DNA from: Rhizobium sp. Q54
Lineage (GTDB): Bacteria > Pseudomonadota > Alphaproteobacteria > Rickettsiales > UBA1997
Reading direction: 5' to 3'
Assembly (NCBI GenBank): GCA_945875865.1
Contig: CAMCMF010000004.1
Location: 1 to 60,617, forward strand
DNA length: 60,617 nucleotides
This document shows positions 39,497 through 48,670 of this stretch, piece by piece. How positions within the stretch are numbered: the first letter of the stretch is position 1; each line of letters opens with the position of its first letter. The position numbers and the translations under genes were made by a program. Below the pieces are notes generated by a model, which worked only from the letters and a program-made list of their open reading frames with translations, was not told the origin of the DNA and searched no databases.

Positions 39497-42175
39497 ATGC
39501 CTTCAAATTTTTTTGTTTTAAGCTACGATGGAGTTACCGCCAACGTTGTTAATTCAATTGGATCTTCTATTCCACCTAATAATGCCCTCAATAAAATTGT
39601 CGGTGGCATGAGTGCAGCGTTGAATGTCGCTAATCTACCTGGTTTCGAAAATTTAAAAAGCGAGACATCAAGATTTGTTTTTGAATTTGGAGACAATCTT
39701 GCTGAAGCTATAGCGGGGGCGACAGATCAAGATCTTGACTCTCTCGGCAGAGGAATTATCGAAAATATAATTAAAGCTAACTCAATTCCTGAAAATCCAC
39801 CGGTTGGAAATGTTATTTCGACATTCGCTGCCAATCCTGCTCAGAAAGTATTAGAAGTTGGAGGAGCTCAAGTTTCGGGTGGAGTTGTCACTGAAGTTTT
39901 TCATCAGCAATTTGCTAATAATCCAGCAGGATTGCACGACGCTTTACTTTTGCCTCTCCGTCTTGATCCAGCTTGTACTGAGGTTTCGCGCGTTGGAATT
40001 GCTTATCAGGAAGATGGTCAGCCAACAGTTCAAACTAATATTTTTAGCGTTGTTCGAGATTGGAATAGCGATGGTTATTTGGTCGCTAGCAGAATTTCAA
40101 ATCCACCCCATGGTGGAAATTTTTTAGAAGGAAATGTTGGATTTAATACTTTTTATGTTCCTGAAGTTGCTGGCAATACTGTTGTCGATGATCTGGATTT
40201 GAGGGGTAGAGTCGCCATTGGCGCTGGAGTAGACGCGGTTGTTCTTGAAGGAAATGCTACGCCAGTAAAAGTTAATGGAATTATTCAGCCAGGAGAATGG
40301 AGGCTTAATGGCCTTCAATTGTTTAAAAATGGAGACGATCTTTTAATCGGCGCTATAGGAGTTGATCTTACATATGATACGAGTTCAAAAGTTACCATAG
40401 AGCGCTTTCCTTGGGATCATGCTGTGAGGTATTTTGGAATAACTCTTGGTCAGGCAAGAACTGGAGAGTTAAATTCTCCCGAAACATTTACTGTTGCCGG
40501 TTTAAAAGGATCGATATTTGCTAGTAATGATCCTAGAGGCAGAATGTTTTGCGCAGTTAAAGATGGAAATAATTTATCAATAAAAATTTTTGATGCCCAA
40601 GGTAATCTTCTATTAGTTCAACCATTAACTAATTTTCAGCCAATAACCCCAAATGTTGATGAACATGTTAGCACCGACGGACAAGCAACAATTTTACCAA
40701 ATGACAATTTTGCCTTCATCTACGCTACGGAAAGTAGAACCAATGATGCGATTGGTAACTTTGCTAGCGGAAAATCTTCAGCTTTTTTAGTTATCACCGA
40801 TCCAAGAGGTGTTGTTATTTCCAATAAAATGATTGACGAAGGACAAGTTTTTAACGGCGCTGCACAAGAGCCAACTTACTACAGAAATATTTTTGCTCCA
40901 AGTTATGTTGTGGTGAATGCTGATACTAAGACTAATAATCTTTGTTTCTCACGAGGAGGAAATCAGTATTTTTGCGCACAATTTTTTTCAGATGGCGTTG
41001 TTGGAGAAACAGGCACTGATGATGCTCTATTTCGAGGAGCTGTGAAACTTCCTTTATCTGAACAAGATCTTCCAGGTGGCCAACGGATAACAGTCGAAGG
41101 GTTAAACGTACTTCTTTTTCAGCCGACTCTCCGTGACATGCGCCCTGATGAAATTCCCAATACTATTTATGTTACTGTAGGAGCTAATCTTGAAACAAAC
41201 ACAAGCAATAACGGCGGAATTTTTAGTTTTGAACCAGGCGGAAAATTAAAAATAAAGCGAGAACCAGGATTAGCATTCGCAATCGAAGGTAATGCAACTC
41301 TTGAGCTTGATGCGGATTTTAATATTAGATCTTATGATGATCTTGAAGGAAGGGCTGGGGAATTTAGTTTCGAAACAGTACCAAATGAAAATCTGAGAAG
41401 AGATCAAGAAGAAGTGAGAAGAACTCTAGAAGAAGCTGGTTATTGCCAATCAACACCAGGTGATTTAGCCAAAACTTTATTCAGCGCTTCTGGGAAATAT
41501 GTCGTAGTAAACCTTCCAGATAATCAAAAGATTATTTTTCCAGGAATGACCATGGAGAAATTTCTTCAAATGTCTCCAGTTATTTTTCCTAGTATTTTTC
41601 AGGAATCAACAACTGAAGGACCTATTTACAATGGCAGCACTAACCCCTTCGATACAACCACAAGAAATATTGTACCCGCTACTAGCACTACGTCTCCAGG
41701 AACTTTATTTGGAAGTACTAGCTCTATGTCTATAGGAACTTTATCTGGAATTCCTAGCACTTCTGCTACAACAACTTCACCTGGCGGCAATCCAAATGCT
41801 GCGGGATTAGGTGTTGGTAATATTGTCGCCATAGCAGTTGCTGCAGTTGCTGGATTAGTTGGTGCAGCACTTGTTGTTCGTAGGTTCTTTACAGGAAAAA
41901 ATATGAAAGTTGATAATATAGGATTGCCAGATGTCGAAGTTGAGTTAGGAAATATAGGTCGTCGTAACACCAACTTTGATGGTAAGAGCCTTGATGGAGA
42001 TAGTTATGTGGGCGAAGGCGAAGACGAAGACGAACAAGCTGTAAAGGAGACCGACTTAGGGGAAGAAACGGAAAAAAAGATTCAAGATTATATTGCTGAT
42101 ATTAATGAGCCTCCATCTATCGCTACAAATCCAGATGGTGCACCGGTTGCGCAGCAATCAAAAAAGTGGAAATAG
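39497..42175 (+). CDS. Large orphan single-pass membrane protein
   Basis: 892 aa; beta-rich body, Ser/Thr stalk, TM IVAIAVAAVAGLVGAALVV-RR, acidic tail. Confidence 0.75.
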   Translation: MPSNFFVLSYDGVTANVVNSIGSSIPPNNALNKIVGGMSAALNVANLPGFENLKSETSRFVFEFGDNLAEAIAGATDQDLDSLGRGIIENIIKANSIPENPPVGNVISTFAANPAQKVLEVGGAQVSGGVVTEVFHQQFANNPAGLHDALLLPLRLDPACTEVSRVGIAYQEDGQPTVQTNIFSVVRDWNSDGYLVASRISNPPHGGNFLEGNVGFNTFYVPEVAGNTVVDDLDLRGRVAIGAGVDAVVLEGNATPVKVNGIIQPGEWRLNGLQLFKNGDDLLIGAIGVDLTYDTSSKVTIERFPWDHAVRYFGITLGQARTGELNSPETFTVAGLKGSIFASNDPRGRMFCAVKDGNNLSIKIFDAQGNLLLVQPLTNFQPITPNVDEHVSTDGQATILPNDNFAFIYATESRTNDAIGNFASGKSSAFLVITDPRGVVISNKMIDEGQVFNGAAQEPTYYRNIFAPSYVVVNADTKTNNLCFSRGGNQYFCAQFFSDGVVGETGTDDALFRGAVKLPLSEQDLPGGQRITVEGLNVLLFQPTLRDMRPDEIPNTIYVTVGANLETNTSNNGGIFSFEPGGKLKIKREPGLAFAIEGNATLELDADFNIRSYDDLEGRAGEFSFETVPNENLRRDQEEVRRTLEEAGYCQSTPGDLAKTLFSASGKYVVVNLPDNQKIIFPGMTMEKFLQMSPVIFPSIFQESTTEGPIYNGSTNPFDTTTRNIVPATSTTSPGTLFGSTSSMSIGTLSGIPSTSATTTSPGGNPNAAGLGVGNIVAIAVAAVAGLVGAALVVRRFFTGKNMKVDNIGLPDVEVELGNIGRRNTNFDGKSLDGDSYVGEGEDEDEQAVKETDLGEETEKKIQDYIADINEPPSIATNPDGAPVAQQSKKWK

Positions 42176-42215
42176 GTAAATCATAACTAGCCCCCCACCA
42201 CATCGTTTAAACCCA

Positions 42216-42262
42216 TTAATTCTCAATAGTTTAAAAACTACTGAAGTTCTATTGAGAATTAA
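42216..42262. repeat. 14-bp inverted repeat upstream of infA
   Basis: TTAATTCTCAATAG ... CTATTGAGAATTAA; role (terminator or collapsed element) unknown. Confidence 0.5.
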
Positions 42263-42323
42263 GAATCGATACTCATAAAACCCTTCATCAATCCACAATT
42301 TCTCCAATTAAAAAAATCAAATT

Positions 42324-42542
42324 ATGCCTAAAGAGGATCTTTTAACCATGAATGGTATCGTGGTTGAAGTGTTGCCAAATACGATTTTTCGCGTCGAGCT
42401 AGAAAATGGTCACGTCATTATTGCTCATGCTTCGGGGAAAATTCGTAAGAATAAAATTCGTGTTTTGAAGGGCGATAAGGTTGAAGTTGAAATGTCGACT
42501 TACGATTTAAGTAAGGGTCGAATAGTTAGAAGAAACGTTTAA
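42324..42542 (+). CDS. infA: Translation initiation factor IF-1
   Basis: [32 protein letters not shown]. Confidence 0.97.
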   Translation: MPKEDLLTMNGIVVEVLPNTIFRVELENGHVIIAHASGKIRKNKIRVLKGDKVEVEMSTYDLSKGRIVRRNV

Positions 42543-42584
42543 CTCCCAAGGTTGGTGCTGTTTTTAATTTTTAAAAAATAACGA

Positions 42585-45062
42585 ATGAAAAATCTTCTAA
42601 TCGTCGAATCTCCCGCCAAGGCAAAAACCATCGCCAAATATCTCGGACCTGATTATGTCGTCATGGCTTCCTTCGGCCATATTCGCGACTTGCCGAGCAA
42701 AGATGGTTCGGTTGAGCCGGATAATGATTTTGCGATGAATTACCAAATTTCAGCAAAATCGACCAAGCATGTGAAGGAAATTGTCGATGCCGCAAAAAAT
42801 GCTACAAAACTTTTGCTCGCGCCAGATCCAGATCGCGAAGGCGAATCAATCGCTTGGCATATTTTAGAAATCCTAAAACAAAAAAAAGCGCTTAAAGCTT
42901 CGACTAAAGTTGAGCGCGTTGTTTTTAACGCAATTACAAAAAGCTCCGTTCTCGAAGCCATAAAAAATCCGCGCGAAATTGACATGGATTTAGTCAATGC
43001 ACAACAAGCTCGCCGCGCTTTGGATTATCTTGTGGGTTTCACGCTATCGCCAGTTTTGTGGAGAAAATTACCAGGAAGTCGCTCCGCGGGAAGAGTTCAA
43101 TCTGTAGCTCTGCGCCTGATTTGCGATCGAGAAGATGAAATCGGGCTTTTCAAAAGCGAAGAATATTGGGACATTAAACTCGATCTCAACAGCGCTTCGA
43201 ATCAGCAATTCCAAGCTAGTGTTATTGAGCTTGAAGGTAAGAGATTAGAAAAATTTTCAATCATTAGCGAAGCACAATCGGGCAACATAAAAAAACTTCT
43301 CGAAAGCAAAAAATATCAAGTTTTATCGATTACAAAAAAGCAGGCAAAACGTCGTCCGAGTGCGCCATTCACTACTTCATCGATGCAACAAGAAGCTGCT
43401 CGTAAATTAGGATTTTCTGTGAGCAGAACCATGATGACAGCGCAACGACTTTACGAAGGCACTGAAATCAACGGTGTAGCACAAGGTTTAATCACTTACA
43501 TGAGAACGGACTCAGTTGACATCACGCCAGAAGCAATTGTCACCATGCGCGAAACTATCGAAAAACTTTACGGTAAAAATTATTTACCGGCGGAAAAAAA
43601 TCTTTTCAAAAGCAAAGTAAAAAATGCCCAAGAAGCTCACGAAGCCATTCGCCCAACCGACTTCTCGCTTAGTCCCGATAAAATCAAGCATGCACTTTCT
43701 GAAGAGCAATTCGAGCTTTATGATTTGATTTGGAAAAGAACTTTAGCTTCACAAATGGCGGATGTAATTTTCGATCAGGTGTTAGTTGAAATTGCGACTA
43801 TACCTTCCTACGCTAAAGCCAGAGCCACTGGATCGACTATCAAGTTTGATGGTTTCTACAAAGTTTATCACGAAGATCGTGACGATGAAGCGGCTGATGA
43901 AGATTCTGAAAAACAAAATTTACCGATTTTAGAAGAGAAAGAAAATCTCGGATTAATCGATGTGAAGCCTTGTCAACATTTTACCGAACCACCACCAAGA
44001 TATTCTGAAGCCAGCTTGGTTAAAAAATTAGAAGAGCTCGGAATAGGGCGCCCATCAACTTACGCGGCGATTATTTCCGTTTTGCAAGATCGTGGTTATG
44101 TGAAGCTTGATAAGAAAAGATTTTTCCCCGAAGAGCGCGGACGTTTAGTGACAACTTTCCTCAAAGAATTTTTTGCACGTTACGTTGAATATGATTATAC
44201 TGCAGGCTTGGAAGATGAGCTTGACGTTATCTCCAACGGTAAAATGAATTGGAAAAGTTTCTTAAAAAAATTCTGGAAAGATTTTCACGGCAACACTTCA
44301 CAAGTGATGGAAAAACCATTTTCTGAAGTTCTTGAAGTATTAAATCAAAAAGTCGGCGGACATATTTTTGGTCGCGATGAACATGGCGCATTAAAAGATA
44401 CTTGCCCAACTTGCAATGCTGGAAAACTTAGTTTACGTCTCGGAAAATTCGGCGCCTTTGTTGGTTGCTCAAACTATCCGGAATGTAAACATACCATGCA
44501 AATTTTTACTGAAGATGGCAATTCAAGCGATCCAAAAAAACCACAATTTGAACCAAGAAGTTTAGGTAAAGATCCAAAAACTGGGTTTGAAGTTATGGTT
44601 AAAATTGGACCTTACGGCCCATATTTAGAGTTGATTGGAAGTGAAATAGCGGCGCCAGAAAAAGAGGAAAAACCAGAAAAAAAGCCGGCAAAAAAACCGA
44701 AAAAAGCTTCAACTAAAAAACCAGCCAAAGAGAAAAAGGCCAAAGTTAAAAAACCAAAAAGAATTTCTATTCCAAAAAATATCGATCCAAATTTAATCGA
44801 TTTACAAGCTGCGGCCGATCTTCTTTCTCTTCCGCGCGAAGTTGGAATTCATCCTGAAACTGGACAAAAAATTATCGCCAATGTTGGACCTTTCGGACCA
44901 TATTTGCTTCATGACAAAAAATTCGCTTCGGTAAAAGAAGATAATATTTTGGAAATCGGTTTAAATCGTGCAGTTGATTTAATCGCGGCGGCCGCAATTA
45001 AAAAAACTTCTTCACCAAGAAGAGGTGGTGGCGGCGGAAGAAAACGCAAAACTTCAAAATAA
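42585..45062 (+). CDS. topA: DNA topoisomerase I
   Basis: IVESPAKAKTI, DPDREGE, SAGRVQS, ITYMRTDS, zinc finger, GxFGPY C-terminal repeats. Confidence 0.98.
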   Translation: MKNLLIVESPAKAKTIAKYLGPDYVVMASFGHIRDLPSKDGSVEPDNDFAMNYQISAKSTKHVKEIVDAAKNATKLLLAPDPDREGESIAWHILEILKQKKALKASTKVERVVFNAITKSSVLEAIKNPREIDMDLVNAQQARRALDYLVGFTLSPVLWRKLPGSRSAGRVQSVALRLICDREDEIGLFKSEEYWDIKLDLNSASNQQFQASVIELEGKRLEKFSIISEAQSGNIKKLLESKKYQVLSITKKQAKRRPSAPFTTSSMQQEAARKLGFSVSRTMMTAQRLYEGTEINGVAQGLITYMRTDSVDITPEAIVTMRETIEKLYGKNYLPAEKNLFKSKVKNAQEAHEAIRPTDFSLSPDKIKHALSEEQFELYDLIWKRTLASQMADVIFDQVLVEIATIPSYAKARATGSTIKFDGFYKVYHEDRDDEAADEDSEKQNLPILEEKENLGLIDVKPCQHFTEPPPRYSEASLVKKLEELGIGRPSTYAAIISVLQDRGYVKLDKKRFFPEERGRLVTTFLKEFFARYVEYDYTAGLEDELDVISNGKMNWKSFLKKFWKDFHGNTSQVMEKPFSEVLEVLNQKVGGHIFGRDEHGALKDTCPTCNAGKLSLRLGKFGAFVGCSNYPECKHTMQIFTEDGNSSDPKKPQFEPRSLGKDPKTGFEVMVKIGPYGPYLELIGSEIAAPEKEEKPEKKPAKKPKKASTKKPAKEKKAKVKKPKRISIPKNIDPNLIDLQAAADLLSLPREVGIHPETGQKIIANVGPFGPYLLHDKKFASVKEDNILEIGLNRAVDLIAAAAIKKTSSPRRGGGGGRKRKTSK

Positions 45063-45065
45063 AAT

Positions 45066-46913
45066 ATGTCAAAACAGGATCTTTTACAAGAAGACTCGGA
45101 TGGGGAAATATATCAGCCGAATGATCCAACTACTATTTTAAAAACAATAATCGACAGCAATGAACACGCTGCCATTGCCTGTAAAACCAAGGAACATAAT
45201 CCCAATTACCTTTCAATAATTTGCGCCAACGAAAAATTTTACGAAACTTTTGATATTAGCGAGCATGGTTTGATCGGCAGAAGTTATGATTATTTATTTG
45301 ATGATCTTGATCTTGATTACTCTTCAGAAGATCAAATGGAATATGTTAGATTAATCAAAGCAGTTAAGGATTTTCATCCTTGTGCGATAATAGTTTCTCT
45401 TCCCGATATCTCAGTTGATGGCTTCAAAAAAATAAAATTCCGCATCAATTTTGAGCCCCAAAACCAACATGGCGGTGAATTAGCTCATTATGTAATTCTT
45501 TCTTTCGAAAAAATATCGGAGCAAGAAGCGGAAAAAATAGAAACTGCTGAACCAAAAAATAACTCAAACATAGTTTTGCTGCGCAATCTCGAAAGAAGTT
45601 TACGCAATGAAAGATTATTGCGCGAAATCGGAAATTTAATCATCTCCGATATGTCAGTTGCAGAAGTTTCACAAAATATCGCCAAGTCATTATGTCAGCA
45701 TTTAAAAACTGAGCGCTGCATAATTCACGACTATCGCAGCGGCATCACAAATTTCGTTGTTGAATATCGCGATAGTTCCAGCAAAGCGATGTTTAACGGT
45801 AATCAAGATAAGGAAGCGCTGAAACTTCTCACCAGATACATAAATTTTCAAAATCACTTCTACGAAAAATTTGGTAATAAGAGCCAAAAATCATCTCTCT
45901 CAATTGTCGAAGATGTCACTAGCGACAATAATTTTCTCAGCATTGCCGACCTTTGTAAGGAATTCACCATCGTCTCACAAATCGCCGTCTCTACAACTCT
46001 CAATGGCGCACTAAATGGCGGAATTTATATTCACCAATCAAGTAAAAGAGTTTGGCTGGAAGATGAAATTGATTTGGTTGAAATCATCGCCGATCAATTT
46101 GCTATCGCGCTAGATCGCTCCGCTTCGATTGAAAAAGTCATGACCACAAATCATGCTTTGATGGAAAAAACTGCCCAGTTAAAAGAAGCTTTAAAGCAAG
46201 AGCAAGAAATGCGAAAAATGCAAAATGACTTCGTTGCTTTAGTATCGCATGAATTCAAAACTCCGCTACAAATTATCGATAGTACTCGCGAAGTTTTAGC
46301 GCGAAAAATGAAGGCGCATAATGTTTTTGATGAGTCGATTCAGAAAAGTTTGGATCGCATTAAATCTGGCATCAGCAGAATGAGTAATTTGATTAATGGC
46401 ACGCTTAATTTGGCAAAAATGGAAAGTGGCGAGAGCCAGATCAAGCTTGAGCGCATCACCTTCAATCTTAAAGAATTTATTTCGGAAATAATCGAAAAAA
46501 ATATTCCATTAGCGGTGAATAAAAATATTAAATTACTGATCAGAATTGATGATTTGCCCGAAGAATTTAGTGGCGATCCGAAGCTTCTAGAACATTCGAT
46601 AACCAACGTCATTTCCAACGCCATAAAATATTCTGGAAATAACACCAGCGTAAAAATTCTAGCTAAATCCAATGATATAAAAATTGGATTGCGCATCATA
46701 GATCAAGGTATCGGAATCCCAACAGAAGACATTTCTAGCATCGGAAAAAAATTCTTTCGCGCCAAAAATACTTTATCAGTTGCGGGCACCGGAATTGGTC
46801 TTTATTTAAGTAAATATTTTATTGAATTGCACGGCGGAGATCTTTTAATCGAAAGTGAAATTAACGTCGGAACATCAATTACAATCACCTTACCAAAAAA
46901 CTCCCTACAATAA
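45066..46913 (+). CDS. Cytoplasmic GAF-containing sensor histidine kinase
   Basis: GAF (..RVWLEDEI), H-box VSHEFKTPL, N-box NAIKYS, DQGIGI, GTGIGL. Confidence 0.92.
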   Translation: MSKQDLLQEDSDGEIYQPNDPTTILKTIIDSNEHAAIACKTKEHNPNYLSIICANEKFYETFDISEHGLIGRSYDYLFDDLDLDYSSEDQMEYVRLIKAVKDFHPCAIIVSLPDISVDGFKKIKFRINFEPQNQHGGELAHYVILSFEKISEQEAEKIETAEPKNNSNIVLLRNLERSLRNERLLREIGNLIISDMSVAEVSQNIAKSLCQHLKTERCIIHDYRSGITNFVVEYRDSSSKAMFNGNQDKEALKLLTRYINFQNHFYEKFGNKSQKSSLSIVEDVTSDNNFLSIADLCKEFTIVSQIAVSTTLNGALNGGIYIHQSSKRVWLEDEIDLVEIIADQFAIALDRSASIEKVMTTNHALMEKTAQLKEALKQEQEMRKMQNDFVALVSHEFKTPLQIIDSTREVLARKMKAHNVFDESIQKSLDRIKSGISRMSNLINGTLNLAKMESGESQIKLERITFNLKEFISEIIEKNIPLAVNKNIKLLIRIDDLPEEFSGDPKLLEHSITNVISNAIKYSGNNTSVKILAKSNDIKIGLRIIDQGIGIPTEDISSIGKKFFRAKNTLSVAGTGIGLYLSKYFIELHGGDLLIESEINVGTSITITLPKNSLQ

Positions 46914-46921
46914 ATTAAAAA

Positions 46922-48040
46922 ATGAAATCGATCCTTAAGCAATTTTTTCTAATATTTTTCTGCTCTTCTTCTGCGCTTTATGCAGCATCACTAAAGCAAT
47001 ATCCCTATATTTCCGGAGATACTTTGGTGCAGATCCAAGCTGACAGAGTTCTCTCTTCAGAAAAAAATAATGTGCCTAGCAATAATGGTTTTGTTTATGT
47101 ACAGCAAAATATGGCGCTAAATTTTAACAAAAATTGGTCAGCCAAAACTCAATTACGATTGCAGCCAAATAATGTTTTAACCACCAGAGATCAGGTTAAT
47201 TCGGAGCGTTACCGTACATTTTTAAATAATGATCGCGGCTCTAGTTTGGGCGATACTGGAATTCTACTCGAAGAGTTGAAGATTAATTACGAGAACGATG
47301 ATGTCAGAGTTTTTGCTGGTAAATTCGATCCAACTTTTGGTACCGCTTGGAGAAAAACTAAAAGAATCGGAGTCTTCGCTTCGCAATTTACCGAAGATTA
47401 TAATCTGCGCGAAAAAATTGGTGGTGGCGTGACTGCGCTTTTGGAAAATAGTTCAATCACTTTTAATAGTTTTTTAAATGACACTACCGGCCTTAGCAGA
47501 AGCATGATTAATGATCGAGGTGCAGCGAAAAAAAATAGTGGCGTTGCCGGTAGTAACCAAAACCTTTCCTCTTACTCATTTTCAATGGAAGGAGAAGATT
47601 TTTTAATGATCGATAATTGGTATTACAACTTCGGTTATCGAAGTCTTGCGGTGGGCAGTGCAGAAGGTAAGGCGAGAGAGCAGGGTTATGTGATTGGTTC
47701 GGAATATCTTTACAAAGTTGGTCGAAATAGCTCAATAATTCCTGTTTTTGAATTTGTAAAAATTAACAATTTTTCCGGACAAAGAAATCGCGATGCCCAG
47801 TATACAACTTTAGCCTTGATTGGAAATTATGCGAGTTGGACTACTAGTGCTTCCTTGATTACTCGCGACCTCAGAGACCTTCAAGCGGGAGCAAAATATT
47901 CTGATCGCCAGATGCAATTTTCTATCGGCTATAAAATTACCGATAACGTAACCATCGATGTGAGTCGTGCTAATATTAAAGAGAATGGTTATGATGGTGC
48001 GATGTTTGGTGGGAATTTGACTTACTTCTACAAATTCTAG
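46922..48040 (+). CDS. Porin-like outer membrane protein
   Basis: Signal peptide, FAGKFDPTFG, amphipathic strands, ends YFYKF. Confidence 0.7.
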   Translation: MKSILKQFFLIFFCSSSALYAASLKQYPYISGDTLVQIQADRVLSSEKNNVPSNNGFVYVQQNMALNFNKNWSAKTQLRLQPNNVLTTRDQVNSERYRTFLNNDRGSSLGDTGILLEELKINYENDDVRVFAGKFDPTFGTAWRKTKRIGVFASQFTEDYNLREKIGGGVTALLENSSITFNSFLNDTTGLSRSMINDRGAAKKNSGVAGSNQNLSSYSFSMEGEDFLMIDNWYYNFGYRSLAVGSAEGKAREQGYVIGSEYLYKVGRNSSIIPVFEFVKINNFSGQRNRDAQYTTLALIGNYASWTTSASLITRDLRDLQAGAKYSDRQMQFSIGYKITDNVTIDVSRANIKENGYDGAMFGGNLTYFYKF

Positions 48041-48213
48041 AAATCGATAGCGCGGCAATTAACTTGCCAATCACCGAAATGAGTTGGATCAAGTTTCTCT
48101 TCTGCTTTTTTTGCTTCCACAATTTTTAGATTTTTCTGATCTGTTAATTGAGCTTCTTTTTCAACAGCACATCCGCAACCTTCGCCGCAGTTTTTTATTT
48201 CTGGTTTGTTCAT
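48037..48213 (-). CDS. DUF1674 / SdhAF4-like succinate dehydrogenase assembly factor (58 aa, not in ORF track)
   Basis: Manual translation ends DPTHFGDWQVNCRAIDF, matching the PTRxGDWExxGRxxDF family signature. Confidence 0.8.
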   Translation of the reverse strand: MNKPEIKNCGEGCGCAVEKEAQLTDQKNLKIVEAKKAEEKLDPTHFGDWQVNCRAIDF

Positions 48214-48219
48214 ACTGAA

Positions 48220-48657
48220 TTAATGCTGCGGTCCTCCAGCGCTATGAGATACAGGACCAGTTTTGCCTTCTAATCCGGCTCCAGTTTGTGCTTCAATACC
48301 AACATGTTCCAAACCACCTTGAGTGATTTCACTGCTTAATGGTGGGATTGGTTTGGTTAGTCCAAATGGAGCTATACTATGATCAGCTATTGCAAAAAGA
48401 TTAACCTCCTCACCTACATGAACTAACGCATCCATACTTGCGTGAGGAGTTATATTATTGATATTCATCGCCTGTACCGGAGCACCAAGATCATTCTGAC
48501 CAGTAACAGAATCTGGTATGAATTTTGATCCATTTCCAGGTGTAGTATTTTCTGAACTTCCGACATGGGCACGCTCAACATGAGAACCTGCAGCTGGCGC
48601 TTCTCCCATATGCTGTGATGTCTCGAAAGAACTTGGACCCGCTGATTGTTTTGACAT
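48220..48657 (-). CDS. Low-complexity Gly/Ser/His-rich hypothetical protein
   Basis: ORF fills gap between maeB and DUF1674 on the same strand. Confidence 0.65.
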   Translation of the reverse strand: MSKQSAGPSSFETSQHMGEAPAAGSHVERAHVGSSENTTPGNGSKFIPDSVTGQNDLGAPVQAMNINNITPHASMDALVHVGEEVNLFAIADHSIAPFGLTKPIPPLSSEITQGGLEHVGIEAQTGAGLEGKTGPVSHSAGGPQH

Positions 48658-48670
48658 ATTTTCTCTAAAA

